Assembly (NCBI GenBank): GCA_951406725.2
Contig: OX597830.1
Coordinates: 35,960,001 to 36,024,000 of the forward strand
Origin: Octopus vulgaris
Lineage: Eukaryota
Reading direction: 5' to 3'
DNA length: 64,000 bases
Made by a program: the position numbers and the translations under genes. Positions 53,385 through 64,000 of this stretch are shown here, in pieces (position 1 is the stretch's first letter; every line of letters begins with the position of its first letter). The notes under the pieces are model-generated. The model saw nothing but the letters and a program-made list of their open reading frames with translations, did no database searches and was not told the origin of the DNA.

Positions 53385-54910
53385 ATATTGGTTTCGAATT
53401 TTGCGCAAGGCAGGTAATTATGGTGGTGAGAATAAGTTGATTTCTTCGACCCCCTTTGCTCAACTAGTACTTCTTTTATTGACTCCGAAGGATAAAAGGC
53501 AAAGTTGACCTTGGGGGAAATTTGAACTCAGATCGTAAAGAGGAACGAAATGCCGCTAAGTATTCCGTCCACCGTGCAAACAATTCTGCCAGTTCGCTGC
53601 CTTAATATTTGTCAATTAATATGGTGCCATACACTTTGCTGTAGTTAATAGTCGCTATGTAGTTGTTGGTCTGCTACAAATAGCAGGCAAATCTCCCTCA
53701 ACTCTCAGTAATCATCCCAAAAAGTGATACATTGCTTAATGTACTTCTAGGTATATTATGCCTGAGAAAGGAGATGCGTTAATCCTGAATCCCGATTTCA
53801 TGCCAGGTAGTTTGGAGCAATCCTAATGTTGAACAATATTATCAATACCAGCATATTCCACATAGTGAAGTGTAAGCCAATATCATATGACTGCGAAGCG
53901 AAATTAATCATACAACCACCGGCGCCGAAATAAGTTAAAATATTGGTTTCCAATTTTGTCACAGGGACAGCAATTTCGAGGGATGGGATGAGTCAACTGG
54001 TATATATTTTATTGACCACCGAAAGAAAAAGAAACAAAATTGACCTCGTTGAATTTCGAAATGGAAACGTAAAGACGGATGAAATAATGATAAGTATTTT
54101 ACCCTGCATACAAAAGATTCTGCCAGAACGTCGCCATAAAATACATTTAAAGTATTGGTTTCAAATTTTGGCATCAGACCAACAAGTTCAGAGAAGTAGA
54201 AAAGTGGGTGATATCCAAGATAGCACTCAACTGGTACTTAATTTTTCGACCCCAAAAGGATCAAAGACAAAGTCGACCTCGGCTGAATTTGAACTCAAAA
54301 CATTAAAGGCGGAAAAAATGCCACTAAGTATTTTTACCCTGCATACTAAGGATACTGCCAGCTTGCCGCCTTAAAATACATTTAAAATATACTTTTCTAC
54401 TCTAGGTACAAGACCCTAAATTTTGGGGGAGGAGCCCAGTCGAATAGATGAACCCCAGTACGCAACTGGTACTTAATTTATCGACCTCGAAATGATGAAA
54501 GAGTCGACCTTGGCGGAATTTGAACTCAGAACGTAGCGACAGACGAAATACCTATTTCTATTTCTTTACTACCCACAAGGGGCTAAACACAGAGGACAAA
54601 CAAGGACAGACAAACGGATTAAGTCGATTATATCGACCCCAGTGCGTAACTGGTACTTATTTAATCGACTCCGAAAGGATGAAATGCAAAGTCGACCTCG
54701 GCGGAATTTGAACTCAGAACGTAGCGGCAGACGAAATACGGTGGGGGGGGGAACCAGTCGATTACCTCAATCCCGTGAATAACTGGTACTTAATCTATCG
54801 ATTCCAAAAGGATGAAAGGCAAAATCGACCTCGGCGGAAGTTGAACTCAGACAGACGGAAATACAGCTAAGAATTTCGCCCGGCGTGCTAACGATTCTGT
54901 TAGCTCAATA
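53385..54910 (-). mobile_element. Large cluster of SINE family A copies (about 53385-53605 and 53940-54910, at least 6 units)
   Basis: Repeated AAAGTCGACCTCGGCGGAATTTGAACTCAG, all in the same orientation. Confidence 0.85.
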
Positions 54911-54913
54911 ATG

Positions 54914-54987
<74 letters not shown>

Positions 54988-55185
54988 TGACTCTGACTGT
55001 CTTTTCTTTGCTTCTTAATTTCTTCTCAACTCGTGAATGCTCACATCATCAAATATTTAGCTAACTTCAGTATATTTACATACAAAATATTTACATAGCA
55101 ATTTTTCAAACAGCAATATTTTTTTCTAAAATTATTAAAAATATTCTAAATACAAAATATCCTTACTGTAATTATTCTTCTTTAG

Positions 55186-55343
55186 AGGAGATTATTAATC
55201 TGTCACCTCATAGAATACCAGGATTAGAATCAGAAAATTAGCAAAATGGCGTTGTTATTGTTGGGAATGATGAAAGTGTTAAGCTACGTACTTCAGCAGT
55301 ATTCATGATGGAAATGTAGAAACAACCATGCCATTTGGTGAAA
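55186..55343 (+). other. Candidate exon, possibly 5' UTR plus start codon (ATG at 55328, MPFGE)
   Basis: TTATTCTTCTTTAG acceptor, GAAA|GTAAGT donor, ACAACCATG context, T-rich downstream sequence; all frames closed upstream of the ATG. Confidence 0.35.
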
Positions 55344-55696
55344 GTAAGTATTGTCATAATAGCTTGCTTGTGTTCTTAGTTTTGTTTGGCTTTAATTTTC
55401 TGCTTTTTTATTTTTTTTATTTTTGGTTTTTTTTAAAATTTTGTTTTGTTTTTTTGGGTAGTATTTCTTTTTTTTTTTGCTTTGTTTTCTAAGTATTTTC
55501 TTGCACTAGCGGTGTTTGAAATTCCAACACAACAGGAGCAAGATGCGAGTCACGTCACACGACTTTTGTAAGGAAAAAAAGTATATATATAGAACAAATC
55601 ATATACTCTTGCACAAAAACAAATGTATATATATATTATATATATCTATATACCAATGTATCTGCGTGTACACATACACACATAAATATATGTGTA

Positions 55697-55751
<55 letters not shown>

Positions 55752-55760
55752 ATATATATA

Positions 55761-55796
<36 letters not shown>

Positions 55797-57014
55797 CAGT
55801 ATATATACATACAGATATATAATACATACACATGTTTATGTAGATATTTTATATATTATATAATATGTATATAATATATATATTATATAAAAGATATATA
55901 ATATATATTATATAATATATATCGTATATATATATCATAATAAATATACAATATTTATATTATATATAGTTTATACATTTCATACACATATACTTACATT
56001 TATATAATCATATATATATAAATGCATACATATACACACACATATATATATGTATGTATATATATACATATATACATATATATATATGTGTATGTATATA
56101 TATATACATATATACACACACATATATATATATATATATATGTATATGTGTGTATGTATGTATGTATGTATGTATGTATGTATGTATGTATGTATGTATG
56201 TATGTATGTATGTATGTATGTAGCAGTCACGTAATAGATACGAATTATATAAATGACCGAAATTCCTCTCTACCATTCTCTGACTTTCTCTCTTTATTCC
56301 TCTTAATATATACATATATATATATATACTTACATAAATATATATTTATATATATATATATATATATACTTACATAAATATATATTTATATATATACATA
56401 TGTGTCTGAATGTATGTGAGTCTATGTATATAAGCATAGACGTATGTCTATAAACAGTACAATTAAATGTATACACAAAGAAAAATATCGGGGCTACCTT
56501 AAAAAATATACACATTTCTATCACGTACCTGCGAGTATTTCTAAACACAGTTACACACAGAAATCAACACACACACACTCACACGCACATACGCAAAGAG
56601 TGAAATATAATGACAATGAACAGAGATAAATGCATATCAACGTTTTTATGTGTTACATGACATGTGTAAATTGAAATAGAGGCGAAAATATTTCAGGAAC
56701 CAACTTCCTGTGCAAAAAGCGAATTATTGTTAAATATTTATCTATATGTGCGTGGTATGACTATTTGTGTATTTTGTGTATGTGTGTTTTTATGTGCGTG
56801 AGAGTGTTAGTGCTTGTGTGTATAGTATGATATGAATCTCTGTCTGTCAAATGATATTCAGTTTGCTTGCGAATGATTAAGAATGTGTGAACCTCTGCAC
56901 AGAATGATAAATAATTACTTACTCCGCAACGTTCCTCGATATTTTGAACCGCTCTAATACATAACTAAATACAAAGGTAAATAACATGCATAATGAAGCG
57001 CATACTCTACATCT

Positions 57015-57250
57015 TTTATTTATTACTTGTTTCAGTCATAAGATTCCAGCCATGCTGGGGCACCGCCTTCATGAATCTTAGTCATTTGAATGAATCCCAG
57101 TATTTATTTACTTAATTTTTTAAAGCCTTGTACACATTCCATCAGTCTGTTTTACCGAACCACTAAGTTATATACACAACGAGCTTCTTTCAGTTTCCGT
57201 TAACAACGATTTAGTCGGCCACGGATTATTGTAGAAGACACTTGCCCAAT
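57015..57250 (-). mobile_element. SINE family B fragment
   Basis: CCATGCTGGGCACCGCC..CCGAACCACTAAGTTA..CTTCTTTCAGTTTCCGT..GTAGAAGACACTTGCCCAA. Confidence 0.8.
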
Positions 57251-57649
57251 GAGCTAGCTTAATACCTGCAATAATTTAAAGATTACATATATTAATGTAG
57301 CTATGTAAGAAATTTACTTATTATGAAATACAACAAAATATATTACCTTTGCATCTTTTCAGTTGCTAAACAATTGTTGTGATATAAGGATTTCCAGTGA
57401 TTATATAAATTCTATCATACTATATTTCTCTCGTTATTTGTGACTAAACATTCCCTATGATTTTTCTCTTGTATTGTACTATATATTCTGTTTTATAGAA
57501 TGAAAAATTAACGTTATTTTTTATCATTAACTGAATATATTGTGACTAAAATTTATATACATATATATATATATACATACATGCATATATAAATATACAT
57601 ATACACATATGTGTGTATGTGTATACATATATCCATACACACACACACT

Positions 57650-57716
<67 letters not shown>

Positions 57717-58299
57717 ATAAAAGACACATACATGTATGTGTGTATGTGTCTCTGTTAATAGTTTGTTTTAAATGCATAGTTACATATTCAAACTGCCAAA
57801 TACTGCATTCTTTCACTATCTTTCAATAGCATAACGTGTATTTTAAAGGGAAGTGATTAAACATTACTTCAGATTTTTGACTCAGTAAATTTCATTGAAA
57901 TTATTAGACACTGCGATCTCTCAAATCTTTAGCTTGGGTATATAAAGATATATGTATAATGATATATATATATAATTATATATAAATATATATAATTAAA
58001 TTAATTAATTAATCAATCATTTAATTAATAATTTTACCAAGTAGATCGGTACGTTAAAATAACCTTTATCGATAGTAATTAAAACACTTGACTCTCGAAA
58101 TGTGTCTGTGGCTAATCGGAATCGTGTTGTTTCATTGTTTTTCTCTTTGCCTACGTAAAAAAGTGTGTTACTGTCGTGGAGATTCTTACAGTAATAGAAA
58201 AGAAATTTTTTACACCTATTTCTAAATTTGGTATGTAGTGAAGCAATTAGCTGACCCCTGATTATAACTGTATTTATAATTATTGAATATTTGTGCTAT

Positions 58300-58492
58300 G
58301 TGACCGCGTGTGTATCGTTGGCGATATTTTTTTCCGTCTTCCTTTCCTTGGATCTTTCCTTTTCCTATGTTTCTGACGAAGTGCTCCGCTCGAAACGTTA
58401 AATCTTTCTTTCCTTTCCTGAGCGTCCAATAACACTATACTTGTTCCACGTACTCGCGTTGTTGTTTTCTCTTTTTGTTTTCATGTTTGCAT

Positions 58493-58495
<3 letters not shown>
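58300..58495 (+). mobile_element. Penelope-like terminal fragment with minimal hammerhead (58369-58403)
   Basis: TTT-CTGACGA-a-GTGC tcc GCTC-GAAA-CGTT-AAA; intact core, one mismatch in stem II, palindromic ACGT stem III. Confidence 0.7.
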
Positions 58496-58529
<34 letters not shown>

Positions 58530-58544
58530 CCGGTAACATACACA

Positions 58545-58552
58545 CATATATC

Positions 58553-58637
<85 letters not shown>

Positions 58638-59365
58638 GGATATGCTCTAGCATGGCCGCACTCGAATGACTGAAAAAGTAAAAGAATACGTGTTTTTGTG
58701 TGTGTACATATGTGCATGTGAGCATATATATAGATAGATAGATAGATAGATAGATATGTACATGTTTATATATATATGCATATATATATGTTGTGCGTTG
58801 TGTGTGTATCCATGCATAACGGAGAAATCTGTTATGAACCTTTCAAGACCTGTTTTGTCATTCAATGAGAGCATATGGCGGTGCCCCAGCATGGCCACAG
58901 CTCGTGAGCTGAAACTAAATAAAATAAAATAAAATAAAAATATATCGATAGATAGATAGATAGATAGATAGATAAGGATATGCTCTAGCATGGCCGCACC
59001 CGAATGACTGAAAAAGTAAAAGAATACGTGTTTTTGTGTGTGTACATATGTGCATGTGAGCATATATATAGATAGATAGATAGATATGTACATGTTTATA
59101 TATATATGCATATATATATGTCTTTGTGTGTATGTACATATATAATCAACATATATATATTTTATATATAATATGTGTATGTGTGCTTATGTGCGTACGT
59201 GTGCGCATGTGTGTGCGTTGTGTGTGTATCCATGCATAACGGAGAAATCTGTTATGAACCTTTCAAGACCTGTTTTGTCATTCAATGAGAGCATATGGCG
59301 GTGCCCCAGCATGGCCGCAGCTCGTGAGCTGAAACTAAATAAAATAAAATAAAATAAAAATAAAT
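58545..59365. repeat. Tandem duplication of an about 400-bp unit containing (GATA)n and SINE B tails
   Basis: AGGATATGCTCTAGCATGGCCGCAC at 58637 and 58975; TGCGTTGTGTGTGTATCCATGCATAACGG..AAATAAAAAT at 58794 and 59214; copy 2 has about 95 extra bp. Confidence 0.9.
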
Positions 59366-59413
59366 ATCCGACAGGGATGTCTGAGTTGTATATGTATGGC
59401 TCTGTGCGTGGAA

Positions 59414-59977
59414 GAACACCCACACACGCATACACACATGCACGCACTCACGCACACAAACACACATATGCAGGCACTCACGTACACACACACACACAAG
59501 CACACCCGCATACACGCATGAGCATACATAAAAAAAAATACCCGTCCGTGTTCAGCTTTTTCTTTTCGCTGAAATAAAAGAACTATTTTCTATTTACTTT
59601 ATAAGATAAGCGTAACAAAAATTTCATTGTATATCAGTTGTGGAAGAAAAACGTTCCGAGTTTTAAATCGCACCTTAGTCAGTTTTGTCTTTAGGTAAAG
59701 GAAGTCAGGAGGAGTTTCATTGACAAATTCTTCAAGTTAAGCGTGCAGTAAAGAAACCTCACCTCAACCATAATATTTGAGTAATATCGACCATTTCGAC
59801 ATCTGAAGTGTCTCACACTTGTGCACATATGCAGCCAATGTTGATTTGATGAAGAAGGTGAGCTAATTTGATCACAATAAACAAATCATTTGTGCAGATC
59901 GTGAAGCGAAAAGAAAAAGCTGAACACGGACGGGAGATTTTTCTCTATATATGCGCATGTGTATATGCGTGTGTGCT

Positions 59978-60017
<40 letters not shown>

Positions 60018-60074
60018 CATGTGTGTGTTTGTGTGCGTGAATGCGTGCATGTGTGTATGCGTGTGTGGGTGTTC
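59414..60074. repeat. Inverted repeat, about 160-bp arms (59414-59570 and 59905-60074) with an about 335-bp spacer
   Basis: CCCGTCCGTGTTCAGCTTTTTCTTTTCGCT vs AGCGAAAAGAAAAAGCTGAACACGGACGGG; GAACACCCACACACGCATACACACATGCACGCA vs its reverse complement at the right end. Confidence 0.88.
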
Positions 60075-60443
60075 AGTTATGTTGAAAGAAATTTTACATT
60101 AATCTGAAGAATGACTCCATATATTGTCAAAAGTACTACTAGTGGCTTCCAAGAGTCATCTAGTCCAATGAAGGGTTAGCTGACCGAATCTTCGAAGTCC
60201 CAGTCAATATTATTCTTGATAAAAAAAACAATGTATACACACACACTCACACACAAACACAAAGACACACATATATACTTATATGTGTTTGTGTGTGTGT
60301 ACATATCTATATAAATGCATATATTTATGCATGCATATTTAGAGAGACTTAGTAATTTTAATATTTCTATTATATATATATTGAATATATACATATACAA
60401 ATATACATGTTTATATGCCTGAATGTATCCATATAGTATAGTT

Positions 60444-60568
<125 letters not shown>

Positions 60569-61798
60569 TGTATGTATGTATGTATGTATATATGTACGTA
60601 TCTTTGCGTGTATGCATGTGTATATATATTCATCCGAAGACATACGTATTTACACGTGTGTATACAGATTAATGTTGATAGATAGTTAGATACATAGATA
60701 TGTACATACATACATACATACATACTTACATACATATACTTATAAATAAGTGTAGGTATGTATATGTGAAATGTTGGCATCTAAGTACATAAGTATACCT
60801 ATATAAGTATATCAAGGAGCATTTTACAAATATTTCGGCATCTATATACGTATGTGTGTGTGAGAATGTTCAGGTATGTTTATGTATGAGTATGTTTGTG
60901 CGTGTGTGTTTTATCTTATTTTCTTTCTCATTTACACTAGTTTCTCTTTTTCTCGCCCTTCACGTCACCATCTCTCTCTCCCTCTCCCTCACTCTCTCCC
61001 TCTCCCTCACTCTCTGTCTCTTTCTCTCTCTGTCTCTGTCTGTCTCTCTCTCTCCCCATATGTGTGTGTGCATACATTATTTGCATTTTATATGCGGTGA
61101 TAGATTAATGTTCTTATAATTTATATGAATATCTTTGTGTGTATATGTATGAATGTATGTATGTATGTGTATGCCTGCCTACATGTGTCCGTGCATGCGT
61201 ATATATATATATATACTTAAATTTACATACATATATATATACTTATATTTACATATATATATAAATGAGTGCATATTTGTATCTATAAATATATATAAAT
61301 ATAGTCATATTCATATGTACATATATATATATATATATATATATTTCAATGACCATATTGATGCATAGTTACGTGGTCGTTTGTGTATAACTATATTTGC
61401 ATCATTTGCATTAGAGATTACAATTGTCCCTTGTGATCAGGATATTTTCCCCCCTTATTTATTTATTTATTTATTAATGTTTTCCTTAGTGTAATTATCA
61501 CACAAAGATCCTTTATGATGGGCTCAATATTCCTTACTGTAATGGGAGCTAATGTTTACATCGTATTTCCAACCAGCCCTCACCATTTCCCTATCACTAA
61601 ACTACCACTAAAAGAAGCAGCACTTTAAGTTCTGTTGAATGATTTGCATATCTGTACGTCTGGTTTCTTTATTCTTTTGGCCGATACAGAACACAAAACA
61701 GAAAAACTTGATAATTATGTCTGTACGTTCTTTGTGCCTTTGTTGTTCAGTTTTTTCTTTGACATATATTTATATACATACATATACATATATATCTG

Positions 61799-61831
<33 letters not shown>

Positions 61832-61866
61832 ACATATATCAAATATATATGTATGTATCCATGCAT

Positions 61867-61902
<36 letters not shown>

Positions 61903-61982
61903 GTATATGTATATATGTGCAATATAATATATATGCATTATACATACATTCTCCGATTTATATATCGACGTACATATATACG

Positions 61983-62028
<46 letters not shown>

Positions 62029-62163
62029 GATGTAAACATAAATGTACTCATACGCACATACGTAAATCTATACACTATATATATATACACACATATATAT
62101 GTGTATTTATATGTGTATATATATGCGTGTAATGTTTGTAAATATATATATATACATGTATAT

Positions 62164-62234
<71 letters not shown>

Positions 62235-63741
62235 TGTATATATACAGACCTACTAAAACGAACACAGTCGCTTACACACACATTGTCGCCATTTGAAGCG
62301 TTTATTTTGGTTCCGTACAGTTTTATCGGGACAACTGCCAAAACAACAACTACTGCTGCTGCTGCTGCTGCTGTTTTCTGCTACGACTACGACTACTACT
62401 ATTACCACTACTACTCCACTAACGATGGCTTCTACTTCAATATCATCAAGTAGAACTACAACAACGTCAGACACCATTATTTCAGCAGTGTGTCTCTGTA
62501 GCCACTCGACTTGATTTGCTATAAACCACAGTCAAATCATCCTCAAATCACACGTTTCCTTCTGAAGGAAAACAAAGGATTTTCACTGTATCATGTGGTG
62601 CCTAATTCAAAAGGTCATGGCTGGATTGCCTTTCGTCACTGTATTCATAATTCTGACCAATCAAAGTTGACCTGAGGCTACGAATCAACGTTAACATCAA
62701 CATCAACATCAACACCTGACTTTTACTAAAGCAATTATTTGCTACCACCACCACAACAACAACAATAATTCTTCTCCTCTTCCTCCTCCTCCTTCCCCTC
62801 CTCCTTCCTTTTCTTCTTCTTCTTCCTTTTCTACTACTTCTACTACTTTATGTGCCACCCCTAATACCATTACTATTACTACTACTATTATCTACAATCT
62901 GTAACAAATAGAGCGTCAACAACAATGGCCACTACGATTACTACAACTACTACAACAACTAACAATAATAATAATAATGATATTATAATGATGATGATAA
63001 TGATGACGATGATGATGATTATTATAATAACACTGTTAGGAGTAATACTTTTACTCCTATAGCAGTTACTACGTGTACTCCAACGAGCAGAACAGTTAGA
63101 GCTTTAATAAGAACTACAACAATAAAAATTTAAACAAAAAATAGTTGCAACAAAAAAAACACAAAGAAAAAATAGCAAAACCATCAAGAACAACAATCAC
63201 AACAACAAGCGCAACTACAAAACAAAATGGACGTCTCACAGCACAATAGAAATATTTATAACATTCAAAAATAATGATGTCTGGTCTTTAGTCCACAAAT
63301 CTGTTTCTACCGTTTTGCCAGTGAATGTATTTATAAAGGAAAGGGATGTATGTGTGTATGTAAGGGTTGTTTGTGTGTTTCCTTCTTTGTGCGTTTATAT
63401 TATGAGTGTAAGTGGTGGTGGTGGTGGTGTGTAAGGTGTAAGGTGAGGGGGGTGGAAATCTGAGAGAATAAAGAAATATGGAAAAATGTGGGGTGGGGAG
63501 GAAATATAAGATAAAATATCCAGATCAACTACCGAATATCCAATAACAAACAAAACAACAAAGCTAAATATTTGTGTGTGTGTGTGTTGAGCGTTAGTGT
63601 GTATTTATATATGTATAAAGATATATGTGCGTGTGTGAATGTATGTTACGTATGTCTATGTCTGTGTGGGTGCGTTTGTGTGTAAACATACACATTCATA
63701 CATATAATTATGTATATACATATATATATCTTTATACATAC

Positions 63742-63792
<51 letters not shown>

Positions 63793-64000
63793 TATATACG
63801 TATATACATGTATATATATATATACACACACATATATGTATATATATAAATATATGTATATATATATAAACATATACATGGGTTTGTGTATATATATGTA
63901 TGTATATATATAAACATGTATATGGGTTCATGTACATATATGTATGTAATTTCCTATGCGTCTAAGTGTATGTGTTTATGCGAAATCGTATATACATATA

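Noticed and set aside
60100-60210. CTGAAGA followed by an ATGACTC/GAGTCAT stem and a later GAAG..GTC
   Set aside because: GAAA box not adjacent to stem II and stem I weak; at best a very decayed motif

Overview
AT-rich eukaryotic intronic or intergenic DNA saturated with microsatellites ((TA)n, (CA)n, (AAT)n, (GATA)n, (TACA)n). The SINE families and repeat landscape resemble an octopus (coleoid cephalopod) genome; this is an inference. No intact protein-coding gene is supported, and nearly all listed ORFs are microsatellite translations. Recognisable content: many tRNA-derived SINEs of three families, three RLE-type (R4/Dong-like) LINE 3' fragments (two embedded in (AAT)n), an RTE 3' relic, a Tc1/mariner transposase relic, a Penelope-like GIY-YIG relic, several MITE/foldback elements, local duplications and two weak exon candidates. 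The standout is 39749-40989, a very young, ORF-less, highly structured 484-bp unit present about 2.5 times (tandem plus inverted). Each copy carries a type I hammerhead ribozyme with a complete catalytic core and an unusually long stem II. Its geometry fits a retrozyme or non-autonomous Penelope-like element copied from a circular or multimeric RNA. Several decayed hammerhead-like motifs occur elsewhere in the window.
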